A DNA stretch of 64,000 nt from Octopus vulgaris (GCA_951406725.2 OX597824.1:20832001-20896000), one strand, 5' to 3'; numbered from the stretch's first letter, positions 38,801-48,966 are shown. A program made the numbers and translations. Notes: generated by a model not told the origin, from the letters alone.

Positions 38801-40306
38801 AGATTAATAACAACAAAGTTATTTACATTATTTACATTTGACAGATATTTGTCCTCATCTTGTTTGTTGTTAACACAACATTTCAGCTGATATAACCTCC
38901 AGCCTTCATCAAGTGTCTTGTGGAAACTTCACAAGCTGCCACATTTAATCATCCACATTAGCCATGGGCAAAATGCAACTAACAGGACCTTCTGAATGAC
39001 CCAAACCAATAAATTACTTTGAATTTTTTTTAGTATTCCCCACCCATTGACGAGCTATGTCTCATGCAGTCACACTTCTCAAAAAAGTTGCCCATGGTTG
39101 CTCAAGAGTAGTGGTTCTCAAAAAGGGTTCATACAGCCCTTGGGGATCCACGTAAGATTTTGTTAAAATTTACAGGCAATAAAATTGGTTATACTTCTAA
39201 AATACATCAAATATCTTAACAATTTTTTTTTATACACCATCATCATCATCATTGTTTAACATCTGCTTTCCATGCTGGCATGGGTTGGACGATTTGACTG
39301 AGGACTGGCAAGCCAGGAGGCTGTACTAAGCTCCAATCTGATCTGGCAGGGTTTCTACAGCTGGATGCCCTTCCTAATGCCAACCACTCTGAGAGGGTAG
39401 TGGGTGCTTTTTATGTGCCACCAGCATGGGAGCCAATCAGGCGGCACTGGCATTGACCATACTCAAATGGTGCTTTTTATGTGTCACTGGCACAGGTTCC
39501 AGATCACAATTTCTAATAATATTAAATGACAAAAATATAATAGGATTTTTTAAAAACATTAAATGGCTATGAGGGTCCCGTAGAGTAAAATAGGGATCAG
39601 AGGGTCCATAAGTGAAGAATGGTTAAGAACCACTGATCCCTACTGTTTGATTTATCCTAGCAGTGATACCCAGCAACCACAACAACAATAACCACATTAT
39701 CAAAAGTACCCTTTTGCCAAGTTATAACAAAAAGTTAGTGAAATATTTAAAATGTTTACAGTTGGAAAATAATTTGACAAAAAATGTGAATTTTTAATTA
39801 TTTTCTGAGATTTTACAAAAACAACACAAATATTATCAAAAAAATATATTTTAAAACAAGACAACACAATTACAGCAAGACATTAATGAAAAAATGTAAA
39901 TACCTCTTACCATCGGACTATTAATCATCAATGAACTATTTGTAACCACCGGACTATTGACCATTAAATTGCTACAACTGACCATTGAGGAGGTGAGCAA
40001 TGAAGAAGTATTACTAACCATAGGACTGGTAGCCTGTGTGACCGGGCTTTGGCTCATAATGTTACCAGCGCCTGGACTGATACCCATGGATAACTCTGAG
40101 AGATTCATAATTACATTCAGTCGGTCTCCATCTTGTAAGTCTGATGGTTCAACGTCCACCCAGTCGTGCCAGTCGTCATTCCACTTCTGGATACTAAAAT
40201 TTCCCGACGGCAAATTGAAAGCACGAGTTATCATGCTGCGGATTATGTAAGGATATAACACATCGAGCACCTTCTTCTTGTAGCCAAAAGTAATGTGAAA
40301 CTTCAT
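25847..40306 (-). CDS. Spliced gene, 8 coding exons, 767 aa: ubiquitin/PB1-like domain + SAMD3-like helical domain + BTB/POZ + AT-hook + S/Q/N-rich tail
   Basis: join(40306-39911, 38288-38122, 36862-36695, 34614-34521, 33691-33518, 30220-30096, 29227-29074, 26872-25847). All introns GT-AG; phases 0,2,2,0,0,2,0 compatible; 2304 nt open. Confidence 0.85.
27655..28380 (-). mobile_element. Family D retroposon with three internal ~110-bp tandem duplications; adjacent copy at ~27240-27650
   Basis: Segment CATGCCACCGGCACTGGTAACACATCTGCAATTTCCATTGATCGATTTC...CACAAGTAGAG occurs three times; (CAT)n tail at the left end. Confidence 0.85.
29074..29227 (-). CDS. Coding exon 7: start of BTB domain
   Basis: tttcag|...EPEHSDGILKSLSWLWRTNKLCDAVICSGETKIM|gtaaat; typical H...L..L..L.....LCD motif. 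Confidence 0.9.
29744..30035. mobile_element. piggyBac-type MITE carrying an inserted retroposon tail (~29945-30005)
   Basis: TTAA-CCCTTTCATTACC ... GGTAACGAAAGGA-TTAA; same family as 54522-54746 (opposite orientation). Confidence 0.75.
30096..30220 (-). CDS. Coding exon 6 (S/T-rich linker)
   Basis: ttttaatag|DGLESWSTGQGISSLIESLEGCTSTATTTTALRIPTCEESP-AG|gtaact; phase 0 in, phase 2 out, joins exons 5 and 7 in frame. Confidence 0.72.
30590..30635 (+). ncRNA. Minimal Penelope-type hammerhead remnant
   Basis: GACAC-CUGAUGA-AGGCUGG...UCAGCU-GAAAC-GUU-GU; core intact, stem I partner reduced to 2 bp. Confidence 0.6.
30640..31095 (-). mobile_element. CR1-clade LINE 3' fragment
   Basis: LGMDTLKLRRLAADL...NTCGH...FRKHFFTLRVAEAWNKLSALVV...SFK matches the CR1 ORF2 C-terminal TRGH / FF..RV...WN.L pattern; A-rich tail. 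Confidence 0.8.
31134..31735. repeat. Local direct duplication, ~160 bp (31134-31295 and 31573-31735)
   Basis: AATTCCTCATCCCCAAAATATAGAA...AAGCACCAGAAAATGGA present twice, nearly identical. Confidence 0.85.
33518..33691 (-). CDS. Coding exon 5: end of helical domain and basic NLS-like stretch
   Basis: aatttag|ESWSATLSDKFRNERRIMTNIEVVEKRKRRRVV...QTQ|gtaaat. Confidence 0.85.
34521..34614 (-). CDS. Coding exon 4
   Basis: ttacag|YPTSSQYKEVAMAIITEYSHLRDTVPGGKGY|gtaagt (too short for the ORF track). Confidence 0.85.
35610..36460 (+). mobile_element. Head-to-tail cluster of four family A SINE units
   Basis: Repeated GAGTTCAAATTC...CCTTTCGGGGTCGATAA cores at ~35680, 35870, 36095 and 36315. Confidence 0.85.
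36695..36862 (-). CDS. Coding exon 3
   Basis: tttgcag|HSEHMEFKPWPVPFRIPTHLFRPELKSTLASKQVLSRKMKSALIQAIYDEMINYT-GT|gtgagt (not in the ORF track). Confidence 0.85.
37664..37985 (-). mobile_element. Family D retroposon
   Basis: Same core and (CAT)n tail. Further copies at ~31860-32105(+), 32988-33170(+), 33920-34170(+), 39238-39505(-), 43725-44035(+), 44905-45380(+), 51590-51857(-) and 58930-59220(+). Confidence 0.85.
38122..38288 (-). CDS. Coding exon 2 (Ser-rich linker)
   Basis: attcag|VTNSSLMSGFEEPVAASS...DVRNKL-GC|gtaagt. Confidence 0.82.
38872..38917 (-). ncRNA. Degenerate minimal hammerhead, same family as 30590-30635
   Basis: Minus strand GACAC-UUGAUGA-AGGCUGG...UCAGCU-GAAAU-GUU-GUGUU; 5-bp stem I intact, two core-region C>U changes. 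Confidence 0.55.
39109..39635. mobile_element. hAT (Charlie-like) MITE interrupted by a family D element
   Basis: Terminal inverted ends TAGTGGTTCTCAA ... TTAAGAACCACTG; no target duplication verified. Confidence 0.55.
39911..40306 (-). CDS. Coding exon 1: start codon, ubiquitin/PB1-like domain, Ser/Met-rich repeats
   Basis: Acceptor poly(T)-aacag 3 nt before the ATG; MKFHITFGYKKKVL...FNLPSGNFSIQKWNDDWHDWVDVEPSDLQDGDRLNVI; donor ATG|gtaaga. Confidence 0.88.
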
Positions 40307-40487
40307 TTTCTGTTAAAAAAAAAAAAAAGATAATGATGATGATGATGATGATAATAATTAAAACAAAACAAATACAAGAAACAATGATATAATCATTAAA
40401 TAAAATGACAATTAACGATGAAATAATTTGTGTAACAATCTATAAAAATAATAAAAACCATACTTAACCCTCTTTAACAATTATTTT

Positions 40488-40534
<47 letters not shown>

Positions 40535-40659
40535 TTGTATGTTATATTTTAATAATTACTGGTAACTTTATATATTAATATATTCTATATGTAAAGCATA
40601 ATGTGTTATACATGTATGTATATTCTTGTAATTGTCATTTTAGTCAATAAATAAATTAA

Positions 40660-41262
40660 TTGACATAATATAATGTCTAAAAGTTGATGAACCACCTATT
40701 GATCCCCTCCATTTTCTTATTGCTCTCTCTTTCTCTCTCCCTTTCTCTTACTCCTCCTCCTCCCTCCCGTCGTTGACCCGTGACGAGAACTCTGCTACTG
40801 TCTTTCTGTCCTGGCTGCCTTCAAGTAGAGACAGCACTTTCTGTTGCTCCTTCGCCGTTCTCAAAAAATAGCGTTTGTAAAATTTATTATCTCGTTCGGC
40901 TTAACAGCCCTTCTTGTTTGTGTTACTGTTATTCTCCTTGTCCTGTCTTTTACTGTTTATATTTTGTACTGTCGTTACTGTCCTGTTTTTTGTTACCATT
41001 TTTACCCCTCCGCAAAAAAAACTCAAATTTTATTTAATTTGATTTTCGCGGGAAGGATTGTTTCATTAAAGTCATGTATCGCCTTGACCTTCGAAACGTG
41101 GAGTAGATGAAACAAAGGCGACTGAAGAAGGGGAATTTTCCTTGTTTTGTATGTCCTGCACTCTATTTTTTCGTTGTTTAAGAAAAATGTCCATTTCCTT
41201 GGTTTTGTGTTTATGTTTTCGTTTCTCATTGTGTTCGACGTGTTTTTTGGTGTCCTGTACCC
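40660..41262 (+). mobile_element. Unclassified T-rich repeat, probable retroelement terminal segment, carrying a hammerhead core
   Basis: Pyrimidine-rich non-coding block between TA-rich tracts; contains the motif at 41072-41133. Boundaries approximate. Confidence 0.45.
41072..41133 (+). ncRNA. Candidate hammerhead ribozyme with non-canonical (pseudoknotted) strand order
   Basis: UCAUGU-A^-UCGCCUU-gac-CUUC-GAAACGUGG-(13 nt)-AAGGCGA-CUGAAGA-A-GGGG. Stem III 6 bp (2 GU), stem I 7 bp perfect, stem II 4 bp (2 GU), GUA cleavage triplet. Confidence 0.6.
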
Positions 41263-41307
41263 ATATATGCATGTATATATACATGTAGAGGTAGGTACGT
41301 ACATATA

Positions 41308-41674
41308 TGGCCCAGTGGTTAGGGCAGCGGACTCGCGGTCATAGGATTGCGGTTTCGATTCCCAGACCGGGCGTTGTGAGTGTTTATTGAGCGAAAACAC
41401 CTAAAGCTCCACGAGGCTCCGGCAGGGGATGGTGGTGATCCCTGCTGTACTCTTTCACCACAACTTTCTCTCACTCTTACTTCCTGTTTCTGTTGTACCT
41501 GTATTTCAAAGGGCCGGCCTTGTCACTCTCTGTGTCACGCTGAATATCCCCGAGAACTACGTTAAGGGTACACGTGTCTGTGGAGTGCTCAGCCACTTAC
41601 ACGTTAATTTCACGAGCAGGCTGTTCCGTTGATTCGGATCAACCGGAACCCTCGTCATCGTAACCGACGGAGTG
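41308..41674 (+). mobile_element. tRNA-derived SINE, family C
   Basis: Near-identical to 20661-21036. A variant with the same head and a different 3' half lies at ~53465-53755. Confidence 0.9.
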
Positions 41675-42136
41675 CTTCCATCCATCTTCTAAATATGGCG
41701 GCGAGCTGGCAGAAACGTTAGCACACCGGGCGAAATGCGTAGCCGTATATGTTTTATTTATTTATTAATTTAATATATATATATATATATATATCCATCT
41801 ACCACAAGGAATTGTTTGGCCCGAGACTGTAAGAGAAGTGTTACATAGTGGGACTGAACCTGACACTACATGGTAATAAAATGAACTTCTTAACCACTCA
41901 CCCATACAGATGGTACTCATTGTTTTCCATCTGCTTCTAATGCATGTCTGGGCTTTGCGATATGTCTTGATATGTTGCGTAATCTTTGTAAACAAAAAGC
42001 TCATTCAGACAGCATCGTTTATTTCCAGTTCTCCATATCACCATGCCTGGGTTGTTCATTAATAGACAGACTGGGGAGATGATGACTTCACTTGAAAACA
42101 GGTGAGGATTGGTGACAGGAAAGACATCCAGCCATA

Positions 42137-42925
42137 AGGTGGCGAGCTGGCAGAAACGTTAACACGTTGGGCGAAATGCTTAGCAGTATTTCGTCTGCCG
42201 CTACACTCTGAGTTCAAATTCCGCCAAGGCCGACTTTGCCTTTCATCCTTTCGGGTGTCGATAAATTAAGTACCAGTTACGCACTGAGGTCGATATAATC
42301 AACTTAATCCGTTTGTCTGTCCTTGTTTGCCCCCTCTGTGTTTAGCCCCTTGTGGGTAGTAAAGAAATAGGTATTTTGTCTGCCGCTACGCTCTGAGTTC
42401 AAATTCCGCCGAGGCCGACTTTGCCTTTCATCCTTTCGGGTGTCGATAAATTAAGTACCAGTTACGCACTGAGGTCGATATAATCAACTTAATCCGTTTG
42501 TCTGTCCTTGTTTGCCCCTCTGTGTTTAGCCCCTTGTGGTAGTAAAGAAATAGGTATTTTGTCTGCCGCTACGCTCTGAGTTCAAATTCCGCCGAGGCCG
42601 ACTTTGCCTTTCATCCTTTCGGGTGTCGATAAATTAAGTACCAGTTACGCACTGAGGTCGATATAATCGACTTAATCCGTTTGTCTGTCCTTGTTTGCCT
42701 CCTCTGTGTTTAGCCCCTTGTGGGTAGTAAAGAAATAGGTATTTCGTCAGCCATTACGTTCTGAGTTCAAATTCCGCCAAGGTCGACTTTACCTTTCATC
42801 CTTTCGGGGGTCGATAAATTAAGTACCAGTTACGTACTGAGGTCGAGGTAATTAACTTATTCCCTTTGTCTGTCTTTGTTTGTCCCCTCTATGTTTAGCC
42901 CCTTGTGGGCAATAAAGAAATAAGA
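42137..42925 (+). mobile_element. Tandem array of four family A SINE units (~180-bp period)
   Basis: One full head followed by three 5'-truncated units, each joined at AAAGAAATAGGTATTT. Confidence 0.9.
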
Positions 42926-43135
42926 AAATGCCTCCAGCCATAGAAAACTCTGCTTCAATATATTTTCATTGGAATACTTTTCCATACAACCATGGAAAAG
43001 TAGGCATGGAAATGATGGTGACGATCATTATTATTTCATGATGGCATGCAGAACTATCTTAACACATGGGCATACTGGGCAGTTGCTCAGGGACCTTGCA
43101 TGTCTAGGGGCCTAATTCTGATCTCTGTATGCTGT

Positions 43136-43585
43136 GGCTTGACTTGACTTGAGACAGCATTCACCCGGGGCAGGTTGAGCTGGCTTCATTCATCCTCAAT
43201 GCTGCATCTTTCACAAACGCTGACCAGGCCTGGCGATTTGAGGCTAATGACCACGTGATCTCCAACCACTTCTTATTTCCAGCGGTGAACGCCGTAGATA
43301 TGGGGGCCTAGGTTGGGTTCCAGATCAGCCTTGATTGTCATCAGCCAGGTTTTTCGTTGTCCACCACATCGCTTTTGCCAACCCTGAAGGGGAGCTGGGG
43401 CAATTGCTTCGTAGATGAATTCTCCTGGTTGACGACGGAGAGCATGACCCAGCCAATGCAGATGTCTCGTTAGGATGACTTGTCGAAGGGAGGTGGCTTG
43501 CTGTCAATTGATAAATACTATAGGGCCCAATGTACTGATATGCCCAGGGACCTATAGAGCTGTTAAGGCAGTCTGACAGCATGGT
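43136..43585 (-). mobile_element. RTE-clade LINE 3' fragment with (CAAGT)n tail
   Basis: LHWLGHALRRQPGE...GWQKRCGGQRKTW...LASNRQAWSAFV matches RTE C-terminal motifs; short tandem-repeat tail. Confidence 0.8.
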
Positions 43586-44724
43586 TTGGCTTAGTCTCAG
43601 AGCATTTTACCATTCATCACAATCACCAAGATTTAGCACACAGCAACAGAGAAAACTCAACAGATTCTTCTTCTTCTTCCTCCCTCACATTTATGTTTCT
43701 GCTTCTTCTTTATTGTTTTTATTCCAAATGGAAATTGTAGTTGTGATACCTGCGCTGGTGGCATGTAAAAAGTACCATCCGAACGTGGCCGATGCCAGTG
43801 CCGCCTTGACTGGCTTCCGTGCCGAAAAAGGACCAACCAATTGTGGTCGCCAGTGGCACGGAAAAAGCACCCACTACACTCACAGAGTGGTTGGTGTTAG
43901 GAAGGGCATCCAGCTGTAGAAACACTGCCAGATCAGACTGGAGCCTGGTGCAGCCTCCTGGCTTCCCAGACCACGGTCGAACTGTCCAACCCGTGCTAGC
44001 ATGGAAAGCAGACATTAAACGATGATGATGATGATTCAATTTCCTTTGCCTTGTTTTTTTCTTCTTTCCCTAAATCTTACTTATTCTCACCTTACAGTAA
44101 TACATATTGTTTTTGTCCTATCTTTCCCTGGCCCTTATATTATCCCTCTTAGTTTTCCTTTTCAAAGCAAACGTATGTAACCATCTAAGTTGCCATCTGT
44201 GTCAACTCATCCAAACCAGTTCCTTAATGTACACACACACACACACATATTATGGACTTTTAGGTCCATAATATTAATGGTCATTTGCGTACAGGGAACA
44301 AGAAACTGAATAGTGACTCCTGTATCATCATCATAGGTTTAACGTCCACTATTCCATGTTTGCATGGGTCAGACGGAATTTTGTTGAGGTAGATTTTCCA
44401 GAGCCAGATGCCATTCCTGTCACCAACCTCCACCTGTTTTTAAGTAAGGTAATATTTCTCCATCACCAGAACATGTTTTTCACAAAAGCTAGGGAAAGGA
44501 CACCACTTGCGAGTCGGAGACATTTGTTTTCAACCATTATACAATGTCAAGGTAATGACACACACACACACACTATGGGCTTCTTTCAGTTTCCATCTTG
44601 CAAAAGACACATGCTAAAGGTACCATGCTACATATATATATTGATAGAAATGGTAAGACAACAAAAGAAAGAAAGAGACCTCGATATTATGTAAATAGAG
44701 GAATTTATTTGTAAATGTATTATC

Positions 44725-44897
44725 TGACAATTATTCGGTAGCCATGATAAAACTCCGAGTTTCGGATGTTGAAGTGGAAATCCATGCCGCCATTTCTTCA
44801 CTTATCCAATGTCCAGATAACTGAAGAGATGGCGGCATGGATTTCCACCCCGACATCCGAAACTCAGAGTTTTATGATGGCTACCGAATAATTGTCA
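44725..44897. repeat. 82-bp-arm inverted repeat formed by two divergent hammerhead-bearing segments
   Basis: 44725-44806 pairs with 44816-44897 around a 9-nt loop. The + arm reads GAUAA-CUGAAGA-GAUG...CAUCC-GAAAC-UCAGA-GUU-UUAU. Confidence 0.85.
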
Positions 44898-45919
44898 CAT
44901 AGATGAACATCAATGGAATCTGTATCTTTGTGGTACCAGTGCCGGTGGCACGTGGCACACAAGAAAACCATCCGAACGTGGCCGTAGCCAGTACCGCATC
45001 GACTGGCCTCCGTGCTGTGGGCACGTAACAAACACCATCCGATCGTGGCCGTTTGCCAGCCTCATCTGGCACCTGTGTCGGTGGCACATAAAAACACCAT
45101 CCGAGCGTGGCCGTCTGCCAGCCTCGTCTGGCACCTGTGTCGGTGGCACATAAAAAACACCATCCGAGCGTGGCCGTTTGCCAGCCTCGTCTGGCACCTG
45201 TGTCGGTGGCACATAAAATCACCCACTACACTCTCGGAGTGGTTGGCGTTAGGAAGGGCATCCAGCTGTAGAAACACTGCCAGATCTGACTGGACTGGTG
45301 CAGCTTTCGGGCTACCCAGACCCCAGTTGAACCGTCCAACCCATGCTAGCTTGGAAAGCGGACGTTAAATGATGATGATGATTACATTTACAGATATATA
45401 TAAATATATATATATAAATATATATATATATAAATAAACATACCATGATGCCAAGGAAGCATTATTTGTACATATTAAAATAAACCAATTTTCTGAAGTC
45501 TTTATTGGCAGTGATTACATTTTTCAGAGGACAAAGACCTCTGAAAGGAACCCTAACCAGAACTGAAACTGATCAGGCCAAACTTCCTTGTTCTGTCGAC
45601 AGAAATATCAAGGAAAACGTAATTTGTTCTCTGTGTGTGATTTTGAAGCTAAATCGAAAAATGCTGTGAAACAACAATATAAATCTTTGACTAATTTTAA
45701 TCTAAGAGTGATATATTCTTTGAGTATTTCTGTTTTTCTACGTTAACGAGGGCAAAATCTTGATTCTTTTACTGCAACTTCAACATGTACAACGAAATCT
45801 ATACTTGGCTGAGGAGGTTTGATAATACCGAAACAAGCCCGGAATTGCTTCACGTACTTGCTGAAACAAATTTTCTTTCACATCATAGTATTTTTTGAAG
45901 CTCACTACATTAAATATGT

Positions 45920-46040
<121 letters not shown>

Positions 46041-46861
46041 TTGTTCTCAGCTAGACAAATGAAAAATACCATGTAAATAGCAAAATATATAAATTTTGTC
46101 GAAGAAATTCATTTATGAAACCTATGGGACAAAATGATGAATCTCATAAAAACCCAATATAAATCAAAACCACTCAATAAATGGCGAAAGGTAGACAACA
46201 CCCGTATCAATCAATTATCAATAACTTATTAGCATTCGCATGCTCGAGTTTGGATCGATTAATTCCTTCCACTCAAAAACATTACAGGATCATGATGATA
46301 ATAATAATCAAAAAACAATATTCGAAAAATCCCCTCGAAATTAATATTTAAAATCGTTTATGTATAAATGTGACATCTTGTAGTCGAAGGATGTTCCCTA
46401 CTGTATGTCAATTAGACATACGAACACTTCTCTTCTGGCCGTTCATTTTCAAAATAGAGACAATTCGGCGAGTTATTTGACAAGCGGATGAAAACAGGAA
46501 CAAAATATTAGTAGATTTTAAAATAAATGAATTACGGGATATAACCGAATACAATGTTTGGATACGATCTGGTAAATACGAACAGGTGCTTCAACCGAGA
46601 CGTATTCTTGTAAACCTTTATAACTGATATACAAAACAAAAGTGAGTGCGCGAATCTATTGTGGAATGGATAATTATCAGGAAGTATTATCAGGTATTAT
46701 TCTCAACAGATTTGTTTTAAAACGGCGATCGGAAATAAAGGAAAGAATCTTATTAAGATAGCTTTAAAGAGAGATAAGAATAAACAAAGAGAAAAGCTCA
46801 AGAAAAAGTGAATTACACAGAACAATAGCAACAAAAGAGAAAGAATTCTTTGCGTATTTAC

Positions 46862-47200
46862 CTGGTTTTCTCAGCTGGATGGGCAGGAAAATGTTTCGAT
46901 ATATGAACAGGGATGGTTTTAATCGTTAGAAATCAATCCTCGAAGATAAGATTCATAAATCCATTGCTCCTAAATACATTTCCTGTTTATAATGTGAAGG
47001 AAAAACGGGGCAAAAAAAATCTGACCTCGTCGTTTGTTTACTTTTGAAGCGCGCGCGGGGCACCGGCTATTTCCGGTTGAAATTGATTTCAATTTAAAGC
47101 GATCACGTGTCAGATCAGAAGGATCCTATTTATTATACGAGCGAGATCGGCCGCGGAAAGGCTTCATAATTCGCCCATCTTATAATCAAGCCGAATTTTT
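46862..47200 (-). promoter_or_regulatory. Probable non-coding first exon and promoter of the BTB-containing gene
   Basis: Strong minus-strand donor CCAG|GTAAAT at 46862/46861. Unique CpG-enriched tract (GCGCGCGCGGGG; CACGTG E-box near 47104) in otherwise CpG-poor DNA. Coding exon 1 begins with an acceptor, so an upstream exon is required. Confidence 0.5.
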
Positions 47201-47479
47201 ACCGCGAATTACACAGGAATTTCATAAAGCTGTTTTAAATCTGTCAATGTAATACATCAAAACGGAAAAACGGTGCAAATTTATGAACTTCCTTTTGCAT
47301 TTTCCGTCCGAGTTGGTCCTGTCTGTAATAAAAAAGCACAAAGGCCTATAATTTAAATGTAAATTGAAAATTTTAATCGAAATGGTTGTTATGTATTTTG
47401 AAAATGTATCAGTCCTTTCTTGTAGGATCTGAACATAAAACTTTGGCTGTTTACTCACTAAAATTTTAGTAGCAAACTC

Positions 47480-47511
47480 TGTGTGTGTGTGGTGGGGCGC
47501 ATGCCTGCATG

Positions 47512-47542
<31 letters not shown>

Positions 47543-48022
47543 TTATTTATGTATGTATGTATGTATATATGTATGTATGTGTGTATGTATGTATTTATGT
47601 ATGTATGTATATATGTATGTATGTATCTATTTATGTATGTGTGTGTGTATGTATATATGTATGTGTGTATGTATGTATATATGTATGTATTTATGTATGT
47701 GTGTATGTATGTATTTATGTATGTATGTATATATGTATGTATGTATTTATGTATGTATGTATTATGTATGTATGATGGATGTTTGTAAGTGTGTGCATGT
47801 ATGTTTGCATGCAGTGTGCTTGTGTGTATGTACATGTATATGTGTGTTTGTGTATGTCTGTTTTAATAGATATATATGCATATATACATACATACATACA
47901 CATACATGCATATATATATATATACAAATGCACACACATATATATATACACACACACAAACATACATATATACACACATATATATATATACACACACACA
48001 TACATACATACAACACACACCA
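47480..48022. repeat. (TATG)n/(CATA)n/(CA)n microsatellite complex
   Basis: Read directly. Confidence 0.95.
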
Positions 48023-48277
48023 AGAGGGAGAAAGACAGAAAAGGGGCCACAAAAAAGTGTAAATGCTTTGTTTGAAAAGAAGCTAATGAAATATAAAGGA
48101 CCATTCAGTTTAGTTTCAAATGGATGATTGACATGTTTTTAATAACAAATGAAAAACATTAGAAAAGAGAAATTTAAAAAAGAAAAACATTACATTTTTT
48201 ATGGGCAAGTGTTGGAAAGTTTTTGGCTTTGGGGTAAAAGAAAATGGAGGATCATTTAATTATGAGTTTATTCAATA

Positions 48278-48664
48278 CTAGCAGTATCGCCTGGCGTTGC
48301 TCGGGTTTGTTCCGACCCTTTAGAATTGGAATTTTTGAAAAGTAAAAATTTTGCATTATGTAGCTTGTTATTCTCCTTAAGTGAACATTTTTCTGGTTGA
48401 AATACACCGAAAAATGGCGACAGCAGTAAAAAAATCGTAAAAAATAGGGATTTTCATAGAAAAAAAGCACCTTTTTGATGTAAATAATTTTTAGTGTTAA
48501 CATGGTCCGATTTGAATTTTTTCTTATACGGAAGGAAGAGCAAGCCTTCTATCATACTCTCAATTTTGGTCAACTTGCACCACAGGGTCTCGGAGGAGAT
48601 AGTGTTAGTTGAAGGCTACCAAACCTGCCATACACAGACAACTTCAGCTTTATATAGAGAGAGA
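48278..48664 (-). mobile_element. Non-autonomous Helitron, copy of 20131-20523
   Basis: Reverse complement with the same TC start and CTAG end, A|T target. Confidence 0.8.
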
Positions 48665-48966
48665 TTCTTCTCTCAGATTCACTCAGTTATTGCAGTGGAT
48701 CTTCAGTTTTTCTAAGCTCTGTAAACGAACTCTGAATTTTGGGCCTCCAACCAAGCCTTAAAGCCAGGAACTTTTCAGGGCCCCCTCATAATTATGAAAC
48801 CACTAGAGAATACCATTTATAAATGCAATTGAACAATGACAATAAAAAAAAAGTTGAAAATGGCAAACACACCCACTTAACTGTACGACTATAGTCAAGA
48901 CTTTTGTTAAATCCAAGGAAAGCCAGGTAAAAGCATTCCAGAAGTAGTTTGACTGAAAAATATAGA

